A DNA stretch of 54,440 nucleotides, taken from positions 1-54,440 of the forward strand of contig JBHJHA010000054.1 in assembly GCA_050331235.1 (NCBI GenBank). Reading direction: 5' to 3'. The notes under the pieces were generated by a model. That model saw nothing but the letters and a program-made list of their open reading frames with translations, was not told where the DNA came from and did no database searches. This DNA comes from Leptolyngbyaceae cyanobacterium. GTDB lineage: Bacteria > Cyanobacteriota > Cyanobacteriia > Phormidesmidales > Phormidesmidaceae. Shown piece after piece: positions 8,343 to 19,361 of this stretch (position 1 is its first letter; each line of letters opens with the position of its first letter). The translations under genes and the position numbers were made by a program.

Positions 8343-10910
8343 TTAGGACCGTCCAGCCACCGGATTGAGGGCACTCTTGGGATACGCAATCCGCTTGTGA
8401 TTGTACTGCTGCCACACTTGGACAAACACTTGAGCAATGATGCCCATGTGCTCACGGGTCAGGCCAGAGTCGACCAGTTGACCATCCCGCCAGCGGGCTT
8501 TGAGGATGCGGTTAACCATGGCCAGGGCTTCGGAGGAGGAGGCCTCTTTGAGCGATCGCAATGCCGCCTCGCAGGAGTCCGCGAGCATAACGATGCCCGT
8601 TTCCGGTGATTGTGGAATCGGACCGGGATAGCGAAAATCGTCCTCCTTAATATCTAAGTTTGGGTCGGTTTTGGCGAGTTCAGTGGCTTTGTGATGAAAG
8701 TAGCTGATTTGCATCGTGCCCTGATGCTCGGGAATGAAAGCCCGGACGGCTTTCGGCAGACGACACCGCCGTGCCATGACCAGGCCTTCGCTCACATGCT
8801 TTTTGATAATGTCCGCACTGACCCAGGGGTCATCAATTTCGTCATGCTTGTTGGGGCCTCCCATCTGATTTTCGATAAAGCCCTGGGGGTCATGCATCTT
8901 ACCAATGTCGTGATAAAGGGTGCCCGCCCGCACTAATTCGACATTACACTGGAGGGTGCGAGCGGCGGCTTCGGCAAGAGAGGCCACGAATAGAGTGTGC
9001 TGGAAGGTGCCCGGGGCCTCCGAGGCAAGGCGCTGTAGCATGGGACGATTGGGGCTGGATAGCTCCGCTAAGCGGATGGGCGTCACCAGATCAAATAGGT
9101 GCTCTAGATAAGGACTCAAGCCCAAGGCGACAACGCTGGAGACCACCCCGTAAATGCCCTGCAAAATGGCCCCCGTGAGTGGTAAATACCAAGTGCTAAG
9201 GGAGACCGGGCTGATCATCCATGTGAGTGCTAAGTAAACTGCCCCCTGAATGACCCCGACGACCCCCCCCAGCAGGGCCAGTTCTTCCCGCGATCGCAAA
9301 CGGGGCGCAATCAAGCTACACACCAAACCACCGGCGGCACTGGCCAGTAGTGGCACGGGACTCACGCGGGTGCCAATGGGCAATACCACTGCCAGCAAGC
9401 TGACCAGCGTAAAGCTGAGGGCAGTGCCATAAAAGCTGCTAACCAATAGCCCCACTGCGGGCAAGCTGTAGACCGCAAATCCTAAAATACTGAGGCCCGA
9501 GACCCCTAGCAACATGCAAAAAATCAGACCATAGTCTTGGGTGCGTAAACCGGGGCGGCCCGTACGCTCGACGAGTAAAAAGATGGCGACGCCACCGGCC
9601 ATGACAAAGCCAAATCCGACCAAGCCTGTGACATTGAGCCGCCGTTGGCTGAGATCAAAATAGTCCAGCAAGACAAATGCTTCCTGGTCGATTTCTTCGC
9701 CTTGACGCACGATGACGTCCCCCGGTTCGGCCACAACGACTACTTCGGGTACCTGTTCGGCTGCTGCTTCTGCTTTGGCCCGCGTTTGTTCGGGATCTTT
9801 GACTAGATTAGGCTCTAGCACGGTCATCATAAAGCCCTGGCCTAAGGTTTGGGCGGCGGGAGTCACGCGGCTTTCTAGATGGCGATCAGCGGCGATCGCT
9901 AGTCGATCAGGCGATACCCCTTCTGGAATGCCCTGCAGCAGCATGAGCTCCAATGCCAACTGCACCTCAGCCTGTAATGTGCGCCAATCCTCATCGCTGA
10001 GGCGCAGTAGCGCCGGATCATTGGGAATTCCCCGCTCCGCTTGGGCGAGACGTTCCAAGCCTTGATTGGCATTACGGTAGTCAGTCCGCGCAGTTTCGAA
10101 AACAATTTGTAAAGCTTCAAGGTCGATCGCCGATCGCAATTGCTGGTAGTTAATGAGGTCTCGAGCCGCTTGCTGCTGGGCCGTAGTCAGTTTTTGAAAG
10201 TCTGTACGAGCGGTCAACAAACTGATGGGCGAGGGTTTGGGCGTGTCAGCATCTCGCAGGTCAGTGGCAACCGCCGTAACCACAGACCAGATGGCGTTCC
10301 ATTCATCGGTGCTGGCTTCCCGAATATAAGTCTGGGTGGCAGTGGGCAAAAGCCGACCATTGATCGGTGGGAAGTCACCCGCTTCTTGACGTAGAAGATC
10401 GGCCTGCTCCAAGAGACTGTCGAGGGAATTGGTGATGCGCTGGTTAATGTCGGTATCGGGTACCAACACCGGGACGGCCCCGTTGCGCGCAGCGGTGCGG
10501 CGGGCTTCAGTGGTTTCTTCATCGGTGACTGCAGCGCTCTCAGGGGCCAGGATGGTCTTGGGAGAAGCGGTGCCAACCTGTAGCTCGGGTTGACGGTAGT
10601 AGCGCTGTCCCATTGCTGCAGTGAGGGTCAAGACTGCTACCGTGAGGGCGATGGTCGGACGCACGCGCCGTCGTCGAAGCTCTTTACATTGCTGGGTGCG
10701 GCGAGCACTGGGGGGCACTGGTAACTTGGGGGCCAATAGATTTTGCGGCTGTCGTCGCTGCCAAATCCGTGGAGGTGCGGCGAGCTGTAGCTGATGAAAC
10801 CGCGACGGGCGATCGCCGGTAGCACGAGCTGGCTGACTGCCGCTTTCTGGACAGTCTTGAGGTTCTGACCCGATATCGATTTGCTGAATCCACCGCCAAA
10901 ACTTTTTCAT
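8343..10910 (-). CDS. 7TM-HD (HDIG) family phosphohydrolase, PgpH-like cyclic nucleotide phosphodiesterase
   Basis: N-terminal TM, large extracytoplasmic domain and multi-TM block; motifs EAPGTFQH, YHDIGK, EHQGT, MLADSCEAA. Confidence 0.92.
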   Translation of the reverse strand: MKKFWRWIQQIDIGSEPQDCPESGSQPARATGDRPSRFHQLQLAAPPRIWQRRQPQNLLAPKLPVPPSARRTQQCKELRRRRVRPTIALTVAVLTLTAAMGQRYYRQPELQVGTASPKTILAPESAAVTDEETTEARRTAARNGAVPVLVPDTDINQRITNSLDSLLEQADLLRQEAGDFPPINGRLLPTATQTYIREASTDEWNAIWSVVTAVATDLRDADTPKPSPISLLTARTDFQKLTTAQQQAARDLINYQQLRSAIDLEALQIVFETARTDYRNANQGLERLAQAERGIPNDPALLRLSDEDWRTLQAEVQLALELMLLQGIPEGVSPDRLAIAADRHLESRVTPAAQTLGQGFMMTVLEPNLVKDPEQTRAKAEAAAEQVPEVVVVAEPGDVIVRQGEEIDQEAFVLLDYFDLSQRRLNVTGLVGFGFVMAGGVAIFLLVERTGRPGLRTQDYGLIFCMLLGVSGLSILGFAVYSLPAVGLLVSSFYGTALSFTLVSLLAVVLPIGTRVSPVPLLASAAGGLVCSLIAPRLRSREELALLGGVVGVIQGAVYLALTWMISPVSLSTWYLPLTGAILQGIYGVVSSVVALGLSPYLEHLFDLVTPIRLAELSSPNRPMLQRLASEAPGTFQHTLFVASLAEAAARTLQCNVELVRAGTLYHDIGKMHDPQGFIENQMGGPNKHDEIDDPWVSADIIKKHVSEGLVMARRCRLPKAVRAFIPEHQGTMQISYFHHKATELAKTDPNLDIKEDDFRYPGPIPQSPETGIVMLADSCEAALRSLKEASSSEALAMVNRILKARWRDGQLVDSGLTREHMGIIAQVFVQVWQQYNHKRIAYPKSALNPVAGRS

Positions 10911-11255
10911 GGAATTTCAAAAGGGAATGACCGAGTCAAGAGTCTTTGCTAGAAGGCAAAATGGCTGATGCTAAACCCGCTTATTATGGTCTGAACCGTT
11001 AATGTCAGCCATCCGTTTAGAGAACGAGTGTATAGGTCGCAGTTGAGGTTTTCAGGGTGATTTTCAGAAGCCAAGTTGTGACAGCTATTAAATAGGTTAT
11101 ACGTGCGATCGCGGTTCATCTTCGTATCTACCTTAGCTCGATGCTCCATCGGGAAAGCTCCGGTCACAATTTCAGTAACCGAGCGTCGATTTACGAACTG
11201 GATAAAATGATGTTTCGCCATTATAGACGTCTGCCCCTCGGGCGGTAGGTCTCAG

Positions 11256-12083
11256 CTATAGTGGCCTCGGTTGCACGGTCAGGATGAGCTGAGGTGCACC
11301 GCCGCTAGCCTCAGCGCCTAGCCAGCGCAACCACAGACCCTGGCTCCAGTGCTGCAGTGTACAGCGATCTGTGAGGTGCCAACGCTCTTGCAGCCACGCG
11401 CACAAGGCCGGTTCTGGAGCGATCAGGGATTGCTGATAGGCTCCGGGGAGGCTCGCCATGCCGCCCCAGGCCGCGCTGAGAATGCCGGTGACTATCGGCG
11501 TTCCTATCGGCGCAGTTTGGGCCTGTAGGCTCTGCCCTAGGGCCAGCTGAAAGTCACCGTGGGCCAGTGTCACATGGTCGATTGCTGTGAGCAAACCCTG
11601 CTCTGCAGCAGTCCAGTCTCTACCGACTGCAGCGAGGGCCAGTGAAATTTGCTCAAGTTGGGTGCGATCGTGGTGCATAGCGGCTAGTAAACAGCGTTGC
11701 CAGCGCACCTCAATGGCCTCGGCGATTGCCGGGGGCTGAGCCATGTCTGAAGCCGTCCCAGGGAATGCATGCATTTGGTCGAGGTTCAGTAAATGCTGGG
11801 GTAATTGACTGAGGAGAGTTAGCAGGACATCCTCAGTCAGGTAGCTGGCCCAAGCGGATAATGCCATGTTCCCTGCCCGAGTAGAGAGTTGTGCTGCAAT
11901 GGTGTGGCACCAGTGATCGGCGGTCACCGCTAGGGCCGACAGGGGGAAGGGTGGCTGATCTAACTCTGCCAATGGGGAAGCGGTAGCAACCAACGTCCAC
12001 GGTAGTTGCCCGTGGCTAATCGCATCAGCCAAGACCATGCCGGTCAGGACTGCCTGGAATTGGTCATTGCGAAAAGAAACCAT
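11256..12083 (-). CDS. Degenerate ADP-ribosylglycohydrolase-like protein
   Basis: FQAVLTGMVLADAI resembles the ARH N-terminus and TGILSAAWGGMASLP resembles the C-terminal motif; the acidic DTDT motif is absent. Confidence 0.6.
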   Translation of the reverse strand: MVSFRNDQFQAVLTGMVLADAISHGQLPWTLVATASPLAELDQPPFPLSALAVTADHWCHTIAAQLSTRAGNMALSAWASYLTEDVLLTLLSQLPQHLLNLDQMHAFPGTASDMAQPPAIAEAIEVRWQRCLLAAMHHDRTQLEQISLALAAVGRDWTAAEQGLLTAIDHVTLAHGDFQLALGQSLQAQTAPIGTPIVTGILSAAWGGMASLPGAYQQSLIAPEPALCAWLQERWHLTDRCTLQHWSQGLWLRWLGAEASGGAPQLILTVQPRPL

Positions 12084-12257
12084 AAAAAAAATTGACCGTC
12101 TGAGACTCTACGGTACCCTATGGGAAATTTCTTGCCGCTTGATGCTGCCAGGGTCATCGAGTGTTTAGGGGCCTTAAACCAGGGCTATTGTTCCGGTGTC
12201 CTTTGCTATCCTGAGTCGTCTGCCGTGTTCTTTGACCCTTACTTTGGAACCAGACCC

Positions 12258-12908
12258 ATGAATCGCGCTTGTCTACTTTCTCGTCGCTCTGCTCATAAGC
12301 TCAGCTGCTTAGCACTATTGGGGGCGGTTGCGGCGGCGTTGCCTTTGTTACCCGCAACGATCGCGATCGCCGCTCCGGCTACCGTTCAGCTTGCGCAGCT
12401 ATCGACGCGACCGACGCTCCGACTGGGCAGCACTGGCAACGCCGTTTCGGAAATTCAGGCGATGCTGATCCTACTGGGCTATCTAAGCGAGCCGGTTGAT
12501 GGTCGCTACCAGGCCCCCACTGAAGCTGCGGTCAAGGAATTTCAGGCGGATGTGGGACTGAGCAGCGACGGCATTGTGGGTCCAGCCACTTGGGAAAAGC
12601 TGCTGCCTAGCCCTTCTACCGAATTGACGCCGCCTAAGGTGCCGGACACCCCAACGGCTGAGGCTCCCGATCGCGATGAGACCGAGGCCGACACCCCAAT
12701 TGCACTGCCAACGCTGCGCCAGGGGATCACTGGACCAGCGGTGATGCGAGTGCAAGAGACCCTCCGAGCCCGAGGATTTTACAATGGCGCGATCGACGGT
12801 ATCTTTGGCCCTGGAACTGAAGAAGCCGTGATGGAATTTCAGCGCAGTGTGCAGCTGGCGGCGGATGGGGTCGTGGGTCCGGCTACATGGCAAGCACTAT
12901 TACAGTAG
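12258..12908 (+). CDS. Secreted peptidoglycan-binding protein (two PG_binding_1 domains)
   Basis: Signal peptide, then two repeats LRxGxxG...FQxxxxLxxDGxVGPATW. Confidence 0.9.
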   Translation: MNRACLLSRRSAHKLSCLALLGAVAAALPLLPATIAIAAPATVQLAQLSTRPTLRLGSTGNAVSEIQAMLILLGYLSEPVDGRYQAPTEAAVKEFQADVGLSSDGIVGPATWEKLLPSPSTELTPPKVPDTPTAEAPDRDETEADTPIALPTLRQGITGPAVMRVQETLRARGFYNGAIDGIFGPGTEEAVMEFQRSVQLAADGVVGPATWQALLQ

Positions 12909-12990
12909 TTTGATCGCAGCGACAGGTTGCAGATTAGAGCCGTGTTGGGGGCAGATAGCATAGGCGTCTTCCCCCAGTTCACTGGGTGCC

Positions 12991-13431
12991 TCACTGAATG
13001 CCAGTACCGTAGGCGATGATTTCGATCGAGACTACACCATTGCCATCTCGACCGCCCATTTCAGCGGTTTCTAGTCGCACGTTGACGACTTCGTGAGCGC
13101 CCCATTCCATGGCAGCTTCTTTCATCCGGAGGATGGCTTCGCGGCGGCCTCGCTCTACTAAGGACTCAAATACACTGATGCGTCCGCCAAAGACGTTCAT
13201 CCAGCCGGCGACAAAGGTTTTGAAATAGTCAGACGAGATGACCACGCTCCCAACGAACAGTTTGGCACGGTCAGCATCCGGTAGGCGCGTTTTGGCACCG
13301 ATGTTGACTAGTTTGATTTGGCGCGTGCGATATTCGCGATCGTGCAGGTCCTGCAAATGTTTTCTCTCGTTGTAAGACCCGGCAAAAAAGCCGATCGCAA
13401 TCAAAATGAGAAATATCCCAATGACATCCAT
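12991..13431 (-). CDS. YbjQ/UPF0145 family protein with N-terminal TM helix
   Basis: GSVVISSDYFK, GRREAILRMKEAA, VVNVRLET and AYGTG motifs. Confidence 0.85.
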   Translation of the reverse strand: MDVIGIFLILIAIGFFAGSYNERKHLQDLHDREYRTRQIKLVNIGAKTRLPDADRAKLFVGSVVISSDYFKTFVAGWMNVFGGRISVFESLVERGRREAILRMKEAAMEWGAHEVVNVRLETAEMGGRDGNGVVSIEIIAYGTGIQ

Positions 13432-13433
13432 GG

Positions 13434-13784
13434 CTAATCAATCTGCACGGCAGTGCCATAAACAAACAGCTCAGCCGCGCCCTGGGTCAACGAAGAGGTG
13501 GCGAAGCGAATGTTGATGACGGCATTGGCGCCGAGTTTGCTAGCCTCTTGCATCATTCGTTGAGTGGCTTCTTGACGAGCCTCTTGCAGCAGTTCGGTGT
13601 AGCCCTTCAGCTCGCCGCCCACGATGTTTTTGAGGCCAGCGGTAATGTCTCGACCAATATTTTTCGCCCGCACGGTGCTCCCTTGCACCAGACCTAAATG
13701 CTGCACGATGGTGTGGCCGGGGACACCTTCGAGGGTGGTGAGCAGCATGCGATTAGAGCGGGACAGGGCCGGTCTATCATTCAT
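13434..13784 (-). CDS. YbjQ/UPF0145 family protein
   Basis: GLVQGSTVRAKNIGRD, VGGELKGYT and YGTAV motifs. The true start may be ATG 13748. Confidence 0.92.
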   Translation of the reverse strand: MNDRPALSRSNRMLLTTLEGVPGHTIVQHLGLVQGSTVRAKNIGRDITAGLKNIVGGELKGYTELLQEARQEATQRMMQEASKLGANAVINIRFATSSLTQGAAELFVYGTAVQID

Positions 13785-13960
13785 GGCGTGAGCCTCACTG
13801 AAAAATACGATCGCTACTGCATCGTAATCATTCCCATCCCACTTGTCGCGAATCTGTAAGATTTTGCCAAGAACTCAACTCTCGTCCGGCTGCACTGAAG
13901 AATTGCTGTAGCCTGAACCAAATCCAACTACTGATCATCGGCGACAGCGATTTTGCGACC

Positions 13961-14413
13961 ATGACATCCTCCTCTCCCTTTGCTGAGCTCAACTTCACCC
14001 CCGACCAGCGGCTATTTTTCCGGCGCGTAGCGCGATCAACTAGAGATGTGGGCTATATCATTTTGGCCAGCAGTTTGTTTTCCCTCATGGCAGTGGTCGT
14101 TGAGGGATGGCAACAGATTCCCCCGGGACGGACGGACGATCTATTTGCTTGGCTGAGCAGCTTTTTTAACGGCAACCGCACCATTGCCTGGGCTTGGCTC
14201 AAGCAACTGGTCATCGAAATTCCCTTTGAAGTTGCCATTGGCTGGAGTTTAGTCCAGACGGGGATCGCCTGGTTTGCGATCGCCGATCAACCGACTCACC
14301 ATGGAGAGCATTTGTTTCGAGGGTTGGTAGGGCTATTGCGGGTGTTTCGGCTCATCTATATCCGGACGGTGATTGTCATCGGTTTAATTTGGCTATTCAT
14401 TTTGCTGACGTGA
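13961..14413 (+). CDS. Hypothetical membrane protein
   Basis: 150-aa ORF with three hydrophobic segments and an ATG start in intergenic space. Confidence 0.65.
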   Translation: MTSSSPFAELNFTPDQRLFFRRVARSTRDVGYIILASSLFSLMAVVVEGWQQIPPGRTDDLFAWLSSFFNGNRTIAWAWLKQLVIEIPFEVAIGWSLVQTGIAWFAIADQPTHHGEHLFRGLVGLLRVFRLIYIRTVIVIGLIWLFILLT

Positions 14414-14534
14414 GCGGCGGATAGGTGCCCTCAGTTGCTCGCGATTGGATGCGAAAATAAATACTCAATATGAGTATTAGCTATAAACTTTCTTTTCAGC
14501 TTAAGGAATCAACGTCCATTCTTCGGTCAACCGC

Positions 14535-15836
14535 ATGCCTAACTGCATTGCCCTCATCGCCCACGACAGTAAAAAAGACGATATGGTCGCCTTTGCCAAT
14601 CGTCGGCGCGATCTATTCGCCAAGTATCACCTGATTGCCACGGGCAGTACGGGCAAATTTGTACAGCAGGCAACGGGGCTTGCGGTCGAATGTTTGGCTT
14701 CTGGCCCCCTCGGTGGCGATATTCAAATTGCGGCACGCATCGTGGAGGGAGATGTGGCGGCAGTACTCTTTCTGGTGGACACACTGCACGGTCAGGCGCA
14801 CGAGCCCGATATTCGGATCTTTTTACGGGTCTGCGAAGCGCATCAGGTGCCCTTGGCAATGAATCTAGCGACGGCAGAGGCCGTTATTGCCCAAATGCAA
14901 AAGTCGCGGGTTGGGCACCTCATCTTCAACCCTATCTCTGGGCAGGGTAATCCTGATCAAGATCTGGCTCTAATTCGCCGGTTGCTAGAACCGCAGGTAC
15001 AGCTCAAAGTGGTTTTGACCAATGAACATGAGGATCCATCTGATCAGGCCGCTCAGGCGATCGCTGAGGGGGCTGAGCTGGTGATGGCCTCGGGCGGCGA
15101 CGGTACCGTTTCAGCTGTCGCAAGTAGCTTAGTGAATACTGAAATTCCCCTCGGGGTGATTCCTCGGGGCACGGCCAATGCATTTTCAGTAGCGCTGAGC
15201 ATTCCCACCGACATTCAGGGGGCTTGTGAAACGATTTTGGCGGAAACAACGCGAGTAGTCGATGCGGCTCGCTGCAATGGTAAACCCTACATTTTGTTGG
15301 CAGGTATTGGTTTTGAGGCTGAGATGGTCGATCGCGCCAATCGCGAACTCAAAAATCGCCTGGGGGTGTTGGCTTATCTGTTAGCTGGAGTCCAGCAGTT
15401 TCAAGAGCAAACGGCTTTTAAGGCGGTGATCGACATTGAGGACGAGCTCACCGAGGTGCAAACGGGAACCATCACCGTGGCGAATGCCGCCCCAGCAACA
15501 TCGCTCTTAGCCCAAGGATTTGGTCAAGTGATTGTGGATGATGGCTTACTCGATATCACCATTGCCACGCCCAAGACCCGCCTCCAAGGCATCAATACCC
15601 TAACAAGTCTCTTTGCTTCTGCCCTAGTGAATACGCCTACCCAGCGGGAAGACATCATTCGACTCCGCACGGAGCGGGTCAAAATTCGCACGGAGCCCCC
15701 CCAGAAGGTGGTGATTGATGGCGAGATCATCGGTGCCGAAGCGGTGGAATTTGAATGTTTACCCAAGTCTCTGACAGTGCTGGCTCCCCTGGCAAACCAA
15801 CGCCGCATGGCGACTGCCGAACCTGCTGATGTTTAA
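14535..15836 (+). CDS. mgsA: Methylglyoxal synthase fused to a YegS/BmrU diacylglycerol-kinase-family domain
   Basis: MGS motifs IALIAHDSKK, ATGSTG, SGPLGGD and HEPD; DAGK motifs IFNPISG, GGDGTV and IPRGTAN. Confidence 0.9.
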   Translation: MPNCIALIAHDSKKDDMVAFANRRRDLFAKYHLIATGSTGKFVQQATGLAVECLASGPLGGDIQIAARIVEGDVAAVLFLVDTLHGQAHEPDIRIFLRVCEAHQVPLAMNLATAEAVIAQMQKSRVGHLIFNPISGQGNPDQDLALIRRLLEPQVQLKVVLTNEHEDPSDQAAQAIAEGAELVMASGGDGTVSAVASSLVNTEIPLGVIPRGTANAFSVALSIPTDIQGACETILAETTRVVDAARCNGKPYILLAGIGFEAEMVDRANRELKNRLGVLAYLLAGVQQFQEQTAFKAVIDIEDELTEVQTGTITVANAAPATSLLAQGFGQVIVDDGLLDITIATPKTRLQGINTLTSLFASALVNTPTQREDIIRLRTERVKIRTEPPQKVVIDGEIIGAEAVEFECLPKSLTVLAPLANQRRMATAEPADV

Positions 15837-15959
15837 GCCATTGGAGATGCTGGTAGGTGGGCGATCGCTCACTTTGAGGGAATTGCCAGCTAAACCGAGT
15901 CAAAACCGATACAGTATAAGAACTGTTACATTTCCAGGCTAAGCAGAGGCGACAACACT

Positions 15960-17141
15960 ATGCGCGTGATTTTAATGACCGGTAAGGGCGGAGTAGGCAA
16001 AACATCAGTTGCCGCAGCGACCGGTTTACGATGCGCTGAGTTGGGCTATAAAACCCTCGTATTGAGTACTGATCCGGCGCACTCTTTGGCCGATAGCTTT
16101 GATATGGAGTTGGGCCATGTGCCGTTGCCTGTACGGCCCAATCTCTGGGGGGCGGAACTTGATGCCCTGCTAGAGCTGGAGGGTAACTGGGGCGCGGTCA
16201 AGCGTTACATTACCGACGTCCTGCAGGCTCGCGGCTTAGAGGGGGTAGAAGCCGAAGAACTGGCGATTTTACCCGGCATGGATGAAATCTTTAGCTTAGT
16301 GCGCATGAAACGCCATCACGATGAAGGGGAATATGATGTCCTGATTATCGACTCTGCGCCGACGGGAACTGCCCTGCGACTGCTTAGCCTGCCGGAGGTG
16401 GCCGGCTGGTACATGCGGAAGTTTTATAAACCATTTGAGGCCGTATCCGCTGCTTTGCGTCCCTTGGTAGAGCCCCTTTTTCGACCAGTGGCTGGATTCT
16501 CGTTGCCGACCAAAGAGGTCATGGATGCGCCCTACGAGTTTTATGAGCAGCTGGTTGAGTTGGAAAAGGTGTTGACGGATACCACCACGACTTCGGTGCG
16601 GCTGGTGACCAATCCCGAAAAGATGGTGATCAAAGAGTCTTTGCGGGCCCACGCTTATCTCAGCTTATACAACGTGGGAACCGATATGGTGGTGGCTAAC
16701 CGCATCATTCCAGATTCGGTACAGGATCCCTTTTTTCAGCGGTGGAAGGAGCAGCAGCAACAATATCGCCACGAGATCCACGAAAACTTTCATCCGCTGC
16801 CGGTACGCGAAATTCCTCTCTATTCCGAAGAAATGTGCGGCATTGCTGCCCTAGAGCGACTCAAGGATACTCTCTACGGGGAAGATGATCCGGCTCAAGT
16901 CTTTTACAAAGAGAATACGCTGCGGGTAGTGCAGCAAGATAACGACTACAGCCTCGAGCTCTATCTGCCAGGCATTCCTAAAGATCAGGTGGAGTTGAGC
17001 AAGTCGGCAGATGAGCTGAATATCCGCATTGGTAACCATCGCCGTAACCTGGTGTTGCCCCAAGCGTTAGCGGCGCTTCAGCCCGCTGGGGCCAAGATGG
17101 AAGAGGATTATCTCAAAATCCGGTTTGCAGCGGTGTCATAA
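15960..17141 (+). CDS. ArsA/TRC40/GET3 family ATPase with C-terminal Hsp20-like domain
   Basis: [16 protein letters not shown] and DSAPTG motifs. Confidence 0.95.
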   Translation: MRVILMTGKGGVGKTSVAAATGLRCAELGYKTLVLSTDPAHSLADSFDMELGHVPLPVRPNLWGAELDALLELEGNWGAVKRYITDVLQARGLEGVEAEELAILPGMDEIFSLVRMKRHHDEGEYDVLIIDSAPTGTALRLLSLPEVAGWYMRKFYKPFEAVSAALRPLVEPLFRPVAGFSLPTKEVMDAPYEFYEQLVELEKVLTDTTTTSVRLVTNPEKMVIKESLRAHAYLSLYNVGTDMVVANRIIPDSVQDPFFQRWKEQQQQYRHEIHENFHPLPVREIPLYSEEMCGIAALERLKDTLYGEDDPAQVFYKENTLRVVQQDNDYSLELYLPGIPKDQVELSKSADELNIRIGNHRRNLVLPQALAALQPAGAKMEEDYLKIRFAAVS

Positions 17142-17182
17142 AACTGGACGCGATCGCCCTTCTCTGGTCCTGACGGCGCTGC

Positions 17183-17542
17183 TTAAAACACCGTTAATAT
17201 CAGGCTAATCCCAAAAATCGCAATGAGGATTAGCCACACTCGGTGGCGCTGGATAAACGCCTGCAGGCTAGGCCGGTAAGCTTTGGAGCGCTGCTGCGGC
17301 AGAGCTGGTTCGGTTTCAGCGTGAATAGACTGGTAAAGAGTGCAGGCTTTGGCGTCGGGGCGTTGGGGAAATGTGCAGGTGTCGTCCAAGTCGTAGGCGC
17401 AGCTTTTGCACAGTGACTCAGCTGTAGGTGCTTGATGGAGCTCAATGCGGGGATGCCCGTGGGCCTTGAGCTGCAACCGGCAGCGACTGCAAATCAAATC
17501 CGTGGGCTTGACCTGATAGTCACAGCGGGGGCACAGGGGCAT
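17183..17542 (-). CDS. Cys-rich zinc-ribbon protein with C-terminal TM helix
   Basis: CPRC...CSRC and CKSC...C...C motifs; hydrophobic C-terminus. Confidence 0.75.
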   Translation of the reverse strand: MPLCPRCDYQVKPTDLICSRCRLQLKAHGHPRIELHQAPTAESLCKSCAYDLDDTCTFPQRPDAKACTLYQSIHAETEPALPQQRSKAYRPSLQAFIQRHRVWLILIAIFGISLILTVF

Positions 17543-17571
17543 CGCTACGGACCTCAAAACTCATTTGCATG

Positions 17572-17895
17572 TTACCGTGCCGACTCGGTACTGACCGGAA
17601 AGCGGCGCACCTGAAATTCTTTGGACGCTTCAAAGGTGTAATCAGACCCGAACGCGGCGTCAAATTGGTTATTGATTTCGGTGAGCTCATCTTCAGGAAT
17701 CGCCTTCCACTGCTCCCGCGTTTCCCAGCGGATCACGAAGATAATGACCTCGCGATCGTCGGGGTCGATCCATGTTTCCTTGGAGAGGAAGCCGGGATAT
17801 CGTCTGAGGGCTGTGGTCCAAATGCTATCGTCGATCGCAATGTAGCGTTCTCGCTCGTCTTCTGCGACCCGCATCTTGAGCCATTCAATCACCAT
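17572..17895 (-). CDS. TIGR03792-type cyanobacterial ABM-domain protein
   Basis: MVIEWLK, IWTTALRRYPGFLSKETW and IRWETREQWKAIP motifs. Confidence 0.85.
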   Translation of the reverse strand: MVIEWLKMRVAEDERERYIAIDDSIWTTALRRYPGFLSKETWIDPDDREVIIFVIRWETREQWKAIPEDELTEINNQFDAAFGSDYTFEASKEFQVRRFPVSTESAR

Positions 17896-18100
17896 CGGCT
17901 AAGTCACCTTTGTGTCTAAATCAGAGGGGGATTTCCCGGTATGGATGAACTTCTCTCAATGTAATGCTAATCGAGGTCCTGCACCATGCATCGGTGGTCG
18001 CGACTTAACCTGGGTTCGGTTGTTTAGGTAAAGCAGTTGAACAAATTTTGTCACAATGAAGCGGTAACTTGGGCAGATACATCACCCCGAAACAACAAAT

Positions 18101-18424
18101 ATGGATAACAACAACGTATTACGTGAACTCTTGATGATCGGCATTGGTACGACGTCGCTGGTGGCTGAGCGGCTGCGTCAGGTCACAGATGAGTGGGTGC
18201 GTGAGGGACGCTTTAATCCTGAACAGGCGAGTCGTTTTGCCGATGAGGTAATGGCTCAGTTTTCTGGGGATTCTGCCGCATTTGAAGAACAAATGCAGCG
18301 TCAGCTGCGTAACGTGCTCCAAGACTTGGGTGTGCCTCGGCAGGCCGAGATGGACGAGCTGCGAGGCCGCCTTGATCGCCTCGAGCGCCAAGTACGAGAT
18401 CTTGAAAATAAGCTTTGGCGTTAG
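18101..18424 (+). CDS. Phasin-like (PHA granule-associated family) protein
   Basis: LLMIGIGTTSLVAE and LGVPRQAEMDELRGRLDRLERQ; lies upstream of the FKBP gene as in other cyanobacteria. Confidence 0.8.
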   Translation: MDNNNVLRELLMIGIGTTSLVAERLRQVTDEWVREGRFNPEQASRFADEVMAQFSGDSAAFEEQMQRQLRNVLQDLGVPRQAEMDELRGRLDRLERQVRDLENKLWR

Positions 18425-18650
18425 CCGCGAGTGACGAATTCTCAGCTCTGCAGTGCACTTGCCTGGAGGAGCGCAGTGGTGCCATGACCGCAGATTTCGG
18501 TCCAGCTGTAGTCTACTTTTAGGGCAGTGGAGGGTGTGATGGCGACGGTTGAAATGAGGTCTAGCCTCCAACCACCGGCAAATGTCGGTAGGATGTTCAT
18601 GATATGAAATGCCCTTGCGGGCAATATCGGAATTGCTAAGAGGTTATTGC

Positions 18651-19193
18651 ATGCGCGATATTTTAATCAGTTTTGCAGTGCTGGCGACCTTTTGCCTCAT
18701 TTTGCTGGTGGCTCAATTTACTGGCGGTCAAGGCGAGGCGATCGCTGCCAACGTGGGGGATGCCGAAGCCGCAACTAGCGAGGTCCAAACCTCTCAAGCT
18801 GCAGAGGATTTGGTCGAGGCGGAGACCACTAACGATGAACCCTCAGAGGACACCTTAGTGACTACAGATTCGGGCTTACAGTACACAGATATCGTGGAAG
18901 GAACCGGGGCGATGCCGCAAACCGGGCAGCGGGTGACTGTGCACTACACCGGCACACTGCAAGATGGTACAAAATTTGACAGCTCCCGCGATCGCAACCG
19001 CCCCTTCAGTTTCACTATCGGGGTGGGTCAGGTCATTAAAGGCTGGGACGAAGGCGTTGCCTCCATGCGTGTCGGGGGGCAGCGTAAGCTAATCATTCCG
19101 CCCGAGCTAGGCTACGGGGCGCGGGGAGCCGGCGGCGTGATTCCTCCCAATGCGACGCTCCTATTTGATGTCGAGCTGTTGCGAATTGGCTAA
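18651..19193 (+). CDS. FKBP-type peptidyl-prolyl cis-trans isomerase
   Basis: [22 protein letters not shown] and [13 protein letters not shown] motifs; N-terminal signal/TM. Confidence 0.96.
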   Translation: MRDILISFAVLATFCLILLVAQFTGGQGEAIAANVGDAEAATSEVQTSQAAEDLVEAETTNDEPSEDTLVTTDSGLQYTDIVEGTGAMPQTGQRVTVHYTGTLQDGTKFDSSRDRNRPFSFTIGVGQVIKGWDEGVASMRVGGQRKLIIPPELGYGARGAGGVIPPNATLLFDVELLRIG

Positions 19194-19217
19194 GCTCAGT
19201 GTTCACAGATCAAGCAT

Positions 19218-19257
19218 GCAGAACCGAGGTCACATACTTGTTACCTCGGTTTTGTTT
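19218..19257 (+). terminator. Probable intrinsic terminator after the FKBP gene
   Basis: CAGAACCGAGGT...ACCTCGGTTTTG stem followed by TTT. Confidence 0.55.
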
Positions 19258-19361
19258 GGGGCCGGGCTCGCGGTACCTCGCAGGGAAGCGCGAATTTTTA
19301 GGCCATGGATTGTCGGTGCAGGGTTCTAGGGTTGGGACTTGCGACTGCTGGGGGCTCAAGG

